A stretch of DNA of 20,000 nucleotides from positions 231,100 through 251,099 of the forward strand of contig NW_027191485.1 in NCBI RefSeq assembly GCF_011745625.1, given 5' to 3'. The position numbers were made by a program, and so were the translations under genes. A model generated the notes under the pieces. It was not told where the DNA came from. It searched no databases and saw only the letters and a list, made by a program, of their open reading frames with translations. This DNA comes from Cladosporium halotolerans. Lineage: Eukaryota. This document shows positions 9,138 to 20,000 of the stretch, piece by piece (the stretch's first letter is position 1; each line of letters begins with the position of its first letter).

Positions 9138-10326
9138 CTATAGCCTCGCCAATGCCGCGCGATCTCCACCCCTAGGCAACAGACTGAATTGCTTCGACTG
9201 CCCCAAATGCTCTGGCAACATGCGGTCTCCCTCACGTGACCTCACGCCTTCGAGATCTTCGAGGCTGATTCCACGCGTCTCTTCCGCTGGGTTATATCCA
9301 AGCCGCTCTCTGCCATCGCGCAGGTGTCTCACTTCTTCGTGGCTTGGGGCTGCCTGACCCTCTGAGCGACAGAGGATGACCACGGTGGCTGATCCATCTG
9401 GGCCTTGAGTGTACTGCAAGGCATTCTGCAAGCGAGCGTGTGGCTCTTTCGTCCATCCTCGCAGTCGCCAAACTATTGGACATTGTCAGCCTGATGGCTC
9501 TCTGTACAAGGACTCGGAGCGCTCACCAAATCCACAAAGCCCAGCCATGCCCAATGCGCCGAGGTCTTTGAGCGGCTCCAAGGTAGTCGGCGACTGCTTG
9601 GCCGAATACTCAAATTCCTTGTTCGCAAGGAGCTCACGCCTCGCGCTTGGTGCCGAAAGTTGCCCTTGGATCTCGACTATCTGCAAGTCTTTGGCCTCTA
9701 TTCCTGCCTGTCTAAGAGCAGCCTGAACCGGGGCTCTTGCGTCCTTCGACATCGCGAGAGCGCAAGCCCGTATACGAGCCGCAGAATCCTTCAAGTAGGC
9801 GTGAGCGGTCAGGAAGAGGTCAGAAACAATGACCATGGCGACTACGGCTGGCTGGAGCTTGTTAGACTCTCTCGATTTCGAATAATCTCTCCCCAGTGGG
9901 ACCTGCTCAACTTACCAGCTTGGTACTTCTGGCACGATCTGAAGCCTTCTGTTTGGCAGGTCAGTTTGTGGTCCTGACAACAGGTGATGTAAACCATCTC
10001 ACCAAATCAATCCCAACTAGCAACACGCATTCTGCCTGCTGAGAACGCACGCATGATGCTGCCGTGAACAGCGCCGCGTGGTTCTCAACTTCCGTAACAG
10101 CAGCTTTCTGATTGCCAAACGTTCGGAAACAGCTCTTTGGAACGCGCAACTCAGGTTCACTAAATGTCGCTATGCTCAGGTCGATTTTCGCGTAAGTGAT
10201 ACCGGCGTCCAAGAGTGCTTTGGTGCCTGCTGAAACGGCAAGGCTCTCAATGCTCGCATTCGATTCTGTCTCCGACAACGAGATTCCGACGCCGGCTATG
10301 TGCGCCGCTGCTTTGTTGGTAGACAT
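9138..10326 (-). CDS. Shortened SCP2/nonspecific lipid-transfer-type thiolase-like protein lacking catalytic motifs, C-terminal ARL (PTS1), 338 aa; exons 10326-10003, 9948-9916, 9851-9527, 9472-9138
   Basis: AHIAGVGIS, AGTKALLDAGITY, AECVLLVGID, ALRQAGI..DLQIVEI, LGALGMAGLCGFVWRLRGW and GYNPAEETRG resemble fungal SCP2-thiolases. Three canonical introns (54, 64, 54 nt) give an intact 1017-nt frame. Confidence 0.75.
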
Positions 10327-10994
10327 AATAGAACTACAATCGCCGAGTGCTCCCATACAATGACTTGCTCAGATTTCTTCGAAGGGGAACGCTGGTCGAT
10401 CGACCTCGTTTTTCGACGGAATTCTTCTGGACCCGGAAATCGCGTACGAAGCACCAATTGCTCAAAATCACGCGTCTTGCACCCGAATGCCGATCTGTGA
10501 CGATCATCTTCCGGGAGCTTGTCAACGCCATTCAAACACACACCGGAGTCCGGCCCTTTGATAACCCCAACCCCGCTTACCACCCCGCAAGATGGTCCCT
10601 GTCGCAGCTCCAGCTATAATTTAGAGTTATTTCCGCGACTCCACGGGGTACAAACCCTATCGTGACGTCGTCAAACATCCAGAACGTCGTCGTGTTGATC
10701 TGCGCGTGCCACCAATATTTGGCTCGCTTGCGAATGCCTCGATACGGTTTGCGAGCATAGACAGCGGGGTTGAATGGACGTCCGGATCGAAAGCATCCCA
10801 CACCCGGTGCAGTCCACAGTCTCAGCCGATATGGCCATCAGATAGTCGACCACCACGGATTGTGTGAGGCTCGCTGGTCGAACACGCCATTCCATAGCAG
10901 AAAGCTGCTCCTACTCGGAAACCCCTAACGATCACCTGCTCGAAGGAATACCACCCGTGAAGCATTTCGACAATAACCCAGAGCGAGAACGACC

Positions 10995-12810
10995 ATGGCC
11001 TCCGAAATGGTGAAGAGCGAGGACGACCGTCCGCCGTCCATTTTGTACGGGCCGACTACACCTGTGCCGTTGCAGATGCCATTCGGCGACCTACTGGATT
11101 ATCATGTCGAAGTTCGCGGAGACCGACCTGCAGTGATCTCCCACCCGCAAGGTCTGACGCTCTCATGGCGGCAGCTGAGCGACAGAAGTATCAAGATGGC
11201 AAGCGCGCTGGCGAAAGATGGCGTTGGCAAGGGTAGCTTGGTCGCTATTTCGCTGGGAAGCAGGGCGGAATACTTCGAGACCTTTTTCGCATGCGCCAGG
11301 CTCGGGGCGGCGCTGGTGATGCTCAATTATGCCTACGCAGAATCAGAGATGCTGGCTCTGTTGAAGGTCGTCTGTGAGTAGGAACCTCTTTGCGAATGCG
11401 ACAGCTAGAACAATGGCTAACAGCGCAATAGCTCCCAAGGTCATGGTGGCATCGCCTGGCTTCACGTTCTACGACAACACGAAAGTCCTACCCAAGATCG
11501 CCGACCAGGTCCCCTCGATTGTCAAATTTGTGATTATGGACGACCTCGAAGGCAAATACAAACTCACCGCTCCACTCGCGCGACACATTCATTACGAGGA
11601 CTACTTGAGACCATACTCGCCGCTCGACAAGGCCGCATTACCAAAGGTCAAAGTCTCACCGCACGACATGGTCAACGTCCAATTCACCTCTGGCAGCACC
11701 GGCCTTCCGAAACCTGTCGCACTTTCGCACTACAACATCATGAACTGTGGGCGGAACATCTGGCAGCAAACAAGAATGACAGCCGATGACAAGATCTGTC
11801 TCCCTGTACCCCTCTTCCACTCTTTTGGCATGATCGTGGGCATCAGCAGTAGCACCGTCGCAGGATCTGCGCTCGTCTTGCCGCACGAGATATTCAACGT
11901 GAAGAAGACATTGGAGTGCATTCAAAGGTACAAGTGCACTGCCATATACGGCGTCCCGACCATGTTCATCACCGAAATGGCGGACAAGACGTTCAAGGAT
12001 ACCGATCGCTCGACCATCAAATTTGGCATTATAGCAGGAGCTGCCATGCCGCCCGAGCTGCTCAAGCGCATCACTTCTGCTTTTCCGTTACCTCGACTAT
12101 ACACTTGCTGGGGCATGACTGAGCTCAGCTCGTTCGCAACTATGATGCACGAGACGGACACTTTCGAGAAACGCACCACTACCGCAGGCAGGCTCTTCCC
12201 CAATTTTGTCGCGAAGGTTGTACAGCCCAATACCGGGAAGGTCGTGCCTTGGGGCGAGAAGGGAGAATTCGTCGTCAGTGGATACGGACAGATGTCTGAA
12301 TACCTTCACCATAAGAAGAAGACAGATGAAGCATTGCGAAAACACGAAGAGGATTTGCTGCCCGGCGGCGTCGGCGCGCTCGACGACGGCGGTCTGAGAA
12401 CATGGATGCACACCGGTGACGAGGGATTTTTCGATGCAGAGGGCTACTTCATCATCTCCGGCCGCATCAAGGACTTGGTGATCCGTGGCGGTGAAAACAT
12501 TTCGCCCATGGAGATCGAAGACCGCTTGATCGAGCACGAAGCAATCATACAGGCCCAGATCATTGGCGTGCCTGACGATCGATACGGTGAAGAGCTCGGC
12601 GCTTTCCTCGAGCTAAAGGAAGGCAGTTCTCGTCCCAGCGACGACGAGCTGCGGGCCTTCGTGAGGGAAAAATTGGCGAGATTCAAAGCGCCACGATACC
12701 TCTGGTGGCTTGGTGATAAGGGCGGGAAAGTCCCCAATGAATGGCCAAAGACAGCGAGCGGCAAGGTCTCGAAGCCAGACTTGAGGAAACTGCTCAAGAG
12801 TCTGCTCTAG
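10995..12810 (+). CDS. Acyl-CoA synthetase (AMP-forming, ANL superfamily, ACSF2-like), 585 aa; exons 10995-11373, 11432-12810
   Basis: VQFTSGSTGLPK, VPLFHSFG, YGVPTMF, WGMTE, WMHTGD, GRIKDLVIRGGENISPMEIE, GVPDDRYGEE, PKTASGK; intron 11374-11431. Confidence 0.94.
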
Positions 12811-13334
12811 ATAAGCGCAACAGACGAAATCTGCGATATACACTTGTTTCCCGATCCGTCTTGACATGTACACGCCAACAAAGCCACACCGCCGGGAACA
12901 ATGTGGTCGAACGCCCCTTGCCCAACATGTCTACAAGCTCAGATCGCGGGTCCCTGCCGTTGAAGCGGCTATCGTTTCCATACCTGTCAGAAGGGTTCAT
13001 GCGGGGTTGAAAGCATATTTCCCCCATGAGGGTTACAACTTACCTCTGTCCCTCCGCAGATCGTCGGGGATAACCATCGTTTACCGAGCCCATGGCTCTG
13101 CATGGCCACTCCCTCTGACCGAACGCCACTTACGTTCGCCACGAGGATGAACTGGCCCGACAGCACGTTCAGAGCTAGTTATTCCCAAGTTTCGACGCCA
13201 GTCCGAGACCGGCACAGCGAAAGCTCACCTCGGTGCAAGCTGAGGGAAAAGTCGCCTGTAGTACACTAACACTCGCCTCGTTGTGAGCGCTTCACACAGT
13301 CGTTCGCTGTCCACAGTATTGCGCCATCTTCATC

Positions 13335-15280
13335 ATGCCTACCGGTGCCCAAATCATTGCTCAGGCGCTGCACGACCTCGGTGTTCAGGTCATCTTTGGC
13401 GTGCCTGGACTCCCTGTCACCGATATTGGACAGCAAGGTCTGAATCTCGGCATTCGATTCATCAGCTTTCGCAATGAACAGGCAGCTGCCTACGCCGCGA
13501 CGGCATATGGCTATCTCACTGGAAAGCCAGGCGTCTGCATTTCTGTGGGTGGACCGGGCGTCTTCCATGTAATGGCTGGTGTATGTTGGATCCTGACAAG
13601 CTTTCTTTACGGGTGTATCAGTAATGACGTTTAAAAGATCCCTCATGCCGCAGCCAATTCATGGCCACTCTTGGTGTTGAGCGGCGCCACCGAGACACAC
13701 AATGCCGGCAAGGACGCTTTCCAAGACGTCGACGCCATCTCACTCCTGACACCACATGCGAAACTGGCCGTCCGACCTCCGTCGGCAGACATGATCCCCA
13801 AATTTATCAAGGATGCATACCGTGCTGCATACTTCGGCCGACCCGGGCCGGCATATGTTGACCTGCCCGCAAACTTGATCCTGGGGTCATACGACATTGG
13901 CAAGCCGAAGCTGTTACGCTTGACTGAAGCTCCAATATCGGTACCGCCGGAACGCAAATTGATCGATGTCGCAAACACAATCAGACTGGCTAGATCCCCC
14001 CTTGTTGTATTGGGCAAGGGAGCGGCATACGCGAGGGCTGAGGGTCCGATCAGGGCACTCATCGAGCGGTAAGTCTCACCCGGACTAGTGTGGACAAAGT
14101 ACATTTCTAACGGGAGCATTAGCACACATATTCCTTTCGTACCTACACCAATGGGCAAGGGAATCGTCGCCGACTCCAGCCCATACAATTACTCCGCCGC
14201 CCGATCCACAGCTTTGAAAGAAGCTGACGTCGTTCTCGTCCTGGGAGCCAAGCTGAATTGGATTTTATCATTCGGCCTTCCACCCAAATGGAACGCCAAA
14301 GCAAAGATCATTCAAGTAGACATATCCGCTGAAGAGCTGGGCAAGAACGGTGGAGACCCCACATTGAGTCTTCTGGGTGATGTTGGAGCTACCGTCGAGC
14401 AGCTTTTGTCCCATCTAGGCAATTGGCAATGGCAAGGCGAGAAAACCCAATTCCTGCGCAACCTTCAAGTCGCTCAGTCCAAGAACACTCAAAAGGCAGC
14501 CAAAAAGGCAGCCGTCGTGAAGTCACCCATGATGTTCGAACAAGCCTTTGACATCATCAAAAAGACACTGGATGGTCTTTCGAGCCCTTCGGACGGCGAC
14601 ATCGTCTACGTGTCCGAAGGTGCGAACGCAATGGATATCTCCCGCTCGATCTTCACTATGGAACACCCCAGAATACGTCTGGATGCCGGTACATATGCCA
14701 CGATGGGCGTCGGTCTCGGCTATGCGGTCGCCGCGTATGCCGCATACAACTTTCCTCAACCAGAAGGATCCGCTGGCACACACAGCAAAAAGAAGATCGT
14801 GTGCATCGAAGGCGACAGCGCTTTCGGCTTCTCAGGCATGGAAGTTGAGACGATGGCGCGCTTCAATATGGACGTGCTGATCTTCGTCATGAACAACAAC
14901 GGCTTGTACCGTGGCGACACCGATTCCGCTGAGACTTACCGTTCGAGGCGAGAGAACACTATCGCCGGCACGACGACCACTGGCAATGGTCTTACTGCGT
15001 GGTCACTCGGCTATCAGACAAACTACCACAAGATCGCTGAGATGGCGGGTGGTATCGGAATCGAAGCCCGCACGCCCGAGGAGCTGAAGAAAGCGACGGA
15101 AGCGGGCTTCAAGGCGAGGGTACCCGTGGTCGTGAATGTGATTATCAACTCGAATAGCGACCTCCCCATGGTATGTTGCTTTCGCTCAAGACGTAGTTTG
15201 ACGTACAAATTGCTGACTGTGAACAGGACTTCTCTTGGCTGGACATGATACCACCTGACCAGGCTAAGCCTAAGCTGTGA
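13335..15280 (+). CDS. TPP-dependent 2-hydroxyacyl-CoA lyase (HACL1/oxalyl-CoA decarboxylase family), C-terminal PKL, 592 aa; exons 13335-13580, 13638-14068, 14123-15170, 15227-15280
   Basis: [70 protein letters not shown] motif [15 protein letters not shown]...NNNG. The spliced C-terminus is [17 protein letters not shown]. Confidence 0.92.
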
Positions 15281-15613
15281 TGCGGCATGTCGTAGATATA
15301 CCCACGTAATGAGTGTACATATCAGAACACTTCAGTATCGGAATCTCCCTATCAGCGATGTCAATCGTGACTACCTCGGCATCCGACAAGGAAGCCACAT
15401 TCCCCTCACTCAAACCTGAATGTTGGACAATTTTGTGAGACGGCGGTCCAAGCAAGTTAGCACGACTGAGATCACTTAGAGGTATCATTGAGATTGTGTG
15501 AAATCGTAATATAAAGTAATCATAATTCTTGTGGATTCGGCTAATATTGACGGAATATAAGTGAACATGATAACTTGATGAACCAACTCCTTCGTCAACT
15601 ACCAATCAACCAA

Positions 15614-17539
15614 TTACAGACGGGCGTTCATGCTGCCAGCAGAGTGCTTGTTCTGAGCAATGATGAACTCAGCCGCCTTCTCAGCAATACCATAAGCAGG
15701 CATTTGAGTGTGACCGCTCATGAGCAGCGGCATAATACTGCAGTCGACGACGCGTAGGCCCTTGACGCCACGAACATTGAGGTACTTGTCGACGACGGCC
15801 ATAGGGTCATCGTCCTGTCCGAGCTTGCAGGTTCCGCCAGGGTGGTATGAGGTCGAAGCGTACTTCTGCACGTGGTCGTGCCAATCCGCGTTGGTCTTGT
15901 TCTTGTGGTGCGTCGCACCAGGCGGCCAGGCGCCGGATATGACGTCTTTGGTGCCGAGACCCTCCATCACGACTTCGTTGCCGAAGCGCACGCCCTCGGA
16001 CAGCATGAGCAAATCGCGCTTGTCGGAGAGGTAGCGTGGGTCGGCGAATGGAGGCTCGAAGGGATCCTTGCTCTTGATGGTTACGTAGCCACGAGAGCGC
16101 TGACCGCAGAGGAAGACGCACATCGAGAGAGCGAACTGGCCGGGGCCCGGATTGTCAGTGTACTCACCAGGCCCACCGTAGCAGACGGTATTGAAAAACT
16201 CGCAGTTGGGCTGAGATTCAGTGAGGCCCATGGGGTCACGGCCAGGCTCACGCTCGAGGTTGCGCCACTCAGGCACCTCCTTGTCAAGGCGGTCGTTCAG
16301 GCGAGCGAAACCGAAAGCGCCGAACGGGAAGGTGGCGAGCCAGCCCGTCCTCTTCTCTTGCCACTCTTTGAGTCCATTTTCCCAAGCGTTCGGATCATGA
16401 TTGACACGAGGGTCGTCGGTAAGACCCGGTTTGTTGACCTCGTAATAGGTGAAAATGAGCTGGTGGTCCTGCAAATTCTTGCCGACACCAGGAAGGTCGA
16501 CCTGAACTGGAATACCCAGCTTCTCGAGATCCTCGCGAGGGCCAATTCCGGAGCGAAGGAGCATGGAGGGAGAGTTGTAGGTGCCGCCCGCAAGCAAGAC
16601 TTCCTTCGAAGCTGACGCGGTGTATCTCTTGCCGCTGTTATCAAGGAACTCGACGCCGGTGGCGCGAAGGTCTCCGTTCGCGTCACGCTCAAGGACCACC
16701 TTGTCGACGGTCATATCGCACATAATGGTGACGTTCTTCCTTTCTTGGCTCTTGGTAACATAATCGGCAGCCGTTGTCCTGGATCCTTTGTATGTACTTC
16801 TCATGGCGTGGCCACAGCCGTTGGCTGTCTCGCCAGTGCTGAACATATCCGGCCTATATGGAAGGCCCTTGGACTGGAAAGACTCAAAGAAGCAGTCGGC
16901 GATCGGGTAGACAGGCGCAGGCTCGATGCTAAGTGGGCCGTTGGTGCCATGAGCAGATGGGTCGTGAGGGAACCAATCTTGGGCGTGAAATGTCTCCGCC
17001 TGAAGTGAATAATGTCAGAATGTGTAACCACAAGCCTTGGCCAGCTACGCGTGAACGTACCTTCCTCATTGCGCGAAACATCTCCTCGCCACTCCACTCC
17101 GGGAAACCCCAGTCATCGTAGTCTTGCTTGACACCGCGAATGCAAATTGTGCCATTGGAACCACTGCTGCCACCTAGGAATCGCCCGCGCGGAAGTCGAC
17201 ATTCCTTGCCCTTCAAACCGGGCTGAGGCGGGGAGACAATGTTCCAATCAAGAGGTCCGAAGTGGCACTTTGTCCAACTTTCCGCATGTCAGTACGAGGA
17301 AAACTGCTGGAGGTCAGAGTGATACGTACGCTCCGGGCATTTGGATGTTATCCACATTTGCGCTCGCAGAGCCTGCTTCGAGCAAAAGGATCGTCGCATT
17401 TGGATCCTCTGAAAGACGACCCGCAACCACAGGGCCGCAGGTTCCGCCACTATCGCGCAGGGTCAGTGTCTGAAGGCCATCGTTCACCTGCTTGATTTCC
17501 CTACCCAGCAATAATGTAGTCAAATGTCTTCGCCGCCAT
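15614..17539 (-). CDS. GMC (glucose-methanol-choline) FAD oxidoreductase, C-terminal ARL (PTS1), 585 aa; exons 17539-17505, 17449-17330, 17277-17061, 16999-15614
   Basis: FDYIIAGGGTCG (FAD-binding), PRGRFLGGSSGSNG, GTYNSPSMLLRSGIG, GVGKNLQDH, catalytic pair SYHPGGTC / SGHTQMP, GVKGLRVVD. No signal peptide seen. Confidence 0.93.
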
Positions 17540-18798
17540 CGTAGATATATGCCGTTTGCCGCAATGCCGTGAAATAGAAAAGTTCTAAGTCAACAGCTTG
17601 TCGGAAATGTAGTCCAGCTCTACAACGCCAGGGTCCTCCTCATGTGGCTTTCTACATATATCCGTCCAGATGTCGGGCCCAGCCCGAGAGCTCGATCCTC
17701 CAGACGCACACGCAGCTGCCCGAATCGAGAACTCCCGTGCCCAGCTGCTAGCTGTACTATGGCGTAATCGAGTCTCCCGTTTGTACGAGAGAGTCAGCGA
17801 TTGCTATGGCCGTAGCTTTCGTAAATCTACCCCTCTCGTGCATTGCGGTGCGGCGATCTGGACCAGAAATATGGCGATGAGTGATGCCAGTGGCTGGCGA
17901 CTGAGAGGTCATGGTTATTCCCGGTGGAGGTACCACTGCTTTACCCCAGATTTGCACGCGACATACCAGTTTCAGAGAATGGGTTGCAGACCTAGATTCG
18001 TGACAGGACGACGTCCGTTTAGAGTTCCTGCAATCCGGGGCCCCACTGCCGCAATGGCTGCAGATCCGTTAGTGAGCCTGTGACCAGAACATGGTCCCAG
18101 ACACCCGGTAATTCCCATCGACACGGGCGCCTAGAGGAGGGGAAACGCCAAAGAGGTCCAGAACATCGTGATTAGATAGCTCGGTCAATGCAGCCAAGCG
18201 AAGTGGCTGCCATGTGGAAACGTGGGAACAGCCACGACGTCGACAAGGGACAATAGGATTGCTGCCACACTGTCGCGGTTTAGTCGGTGAGTAGTGCCAA
18301 AGCTACTCCTCTTCCCTTGTGCGCATGTTTGCACACGGAAATCTTCGACCGATGATCGTATCAAGCTATCGAAAGCGAGGCGATCCAATTCCCGGAGCGG
18401 CTACACTTACCTCTGGGCAGGACTCAGGTCCGCCTTCGTAGCTGCATAACATCTCACTGCCTATTGTTCGATCGATCCAAGCACTCGGTGTCTCTCGCAA
18501 TCGGCCGTCGTTGCGCCATGCCGCACCGGGCATAAGATCATCGAGTGCGGACGCCGGCAGGGTCGCAATAAACCTACGTTTGCCCAGCCTTATCCAGCTC
18601 GTCGGAAAGGAGGTGTCCGGTCACGTTCATAGGTGTACGTGACTTGTCTTCAACAACAGTTAAATCATCGCGCAGATCTGCTTTTCCTTCTGCATCGAAA
18701 GGGTTGTCCAGAGGAGTTCCCCTCTTTCTACCGACTTCAAACATTTTTCCTTTTGTCTCTCCACCTCCATCTCCAACAGGCGCATTGGCGATTCAACC

Positions 18799-20000
18799 AT
18801 GGCCGACCATGACAACAAAGTAGATGCTTCGCATCTTGAGCATAGAGCGTCTTCGACCGACGCCGACCGCATTGAAGCGATCACGCACCAGCACCGCGTA
18901 GATGATGACCGAGCCGAGGAGGCCAAAGGTCGAAATGCCGACAAGTATGAGAAGAAGTATTGGCTCTCGGTCAACTACATCGGAACGCTTTTTGCCATTG
19001 GCGTTGCCTTCATGGGCGGCATCGGAGGTGCGTAAACGCAACTCATTGTGTGGCCCGCAGATTGCTCACGTATACTTGCAGGTTACGGTCTGATTGCACC
19101 CATTTTGACGCAAATCAATGAAGACATTGGACCGTCTCCCAACATCCTTTGGGTCTCACTCGCCAACATCGTGCTTGGTGCGATCGTGTTCTTGATGGTC
19201 GGGCAGCTTTCTGATATTTTCGGCCGCAGATGGTAAGCGATCTCGATGGTGACGGCAGTGATTGCGAACCTTCAACTAACACTGTCCCAGGTTCTTCATT
19301 ATCGGCTCTGTCATTGGCCTGATCGGCAGCATCATCGGCGCTGTTGCGCAAAATGTCAACACGCTCATCGTGAGCCAGGTGTTCATCGGTATCGCCGTTG
19401 GATTCCAGCAATCGTTCTTCTGGGTCGTGTCTGAGATCGTTCCGATGAAATGGCGTTACATCGCCAACTCTTACTGCTATCTCATGACAACCCCCACGAG
19501 TCCGTTGGCAGCAAGAGTGGCCTACTCCTTCATGACGTACCCCGGTACTTGGCGCAACTCGTTAGTAATCCTTCAGCGTCTCGCGGCGAGCCTGCGTTGC
19601 TAATGATGTGTCAGCTTCTATTTCCTCATCGCCATCAATGTCACCAGTATCTTCTCGTGGTACTTCTTTTACCGTAAGTATCCCCGCTTGTACCAAGACA
19701 TTGTCGCCCATACTGACCACGGCCTCTCATAGACCCACCCACCTTCAGTATGCTTCACCGCAAGAAGCTTGCGAGGGACCTCTTCTTCAACTTTGACTGG
19801 ATTGGACTTGCCCTCTTCAGCGGTGGTCTCGCCGTGTTTATCTTCGGTCTCAATTGGGGTGGCGTTCTGTAAGTTTCCACATACTGCGGTCCTCGAACAC
19901 ACAGTGATGTTGTTGGGTCGGTTCTTATTGGTGCGGTGCTGGTTTGGTTGGTGCTGGCTGGTGCTGGTTCGACTTGATCTGTAAGTGGTTGGTAGTGGTT
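18799..20000 (+). CDS. MFS transporter, TRI12 (fungal trichothecene efflux pump)-like family, 3'-truncated; exons 18799-19027, 19082-19232, 19291-19560, 19615-19673, 19733-19868
   Basis: APILTQINEDIGPSPNILWV, GQLSDIFGRRWFFIIGS, SEIVPMKWR, FFYHPPTF, FDWIGLALFSGGLAVFIFGLNWGG. Four canonical introns of 54-59 nt and a fifth donor at 19869. Confidence 0.87.

Noticed and set aside
1632..17329. Three introns with AAG acceptors (1632-1699, 13581-13637, 17278-17329)
   Set aside because: AAG is a known minor 3' splice site in fungi, and each restores the expected protein frame.
17670..18388. ORFs 17670-18083, 17757-17957 and 18185-18388 in the GMC/MFS intergenic region
   Set aside because: No domain-like content or supporting splice structure; most likely promoter sequence.

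Overview
Gene-dense genomic DNA from a filamentous ascomycete-like fungus (GT-AG introns mostly 49-68 nt, CTRAC-type branch points). Ten protein-coding genes were reconstructed by hand. Left part: a 5'-truncated fungal-specific transcription factor and an intronless GC-rich aldo-keto reductase. Next is a divergent sulfur-scavenging pair (TauD/Jlp1-type dioxygenase and Soa1/AstA-type MFS transporter), then a GT32 glycosyltransferase. Right part: a candidate peroxisomal catabolic cluster (degenerate SCP2-type thiolase-like protein, acyl-CoA synthetase, TPP-dependent 2-hydroxyacyl-CoA lyase, GMC oxidoreductase) and a 3'-truncated TRI12-like MFS transporter. The most unusual signal is non-coding. 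Four ~86-90-bp tandem units upstream of the sulfonate transporter share an invariant CGTGCTACCATCG core and a covarying mini-hairpin followed by CTGAGA. An inverted copy of both conserved blocks lies in the same gene's unusually long, hairpin-forming third intron. All family assignments come from motif recognition, not database searches.
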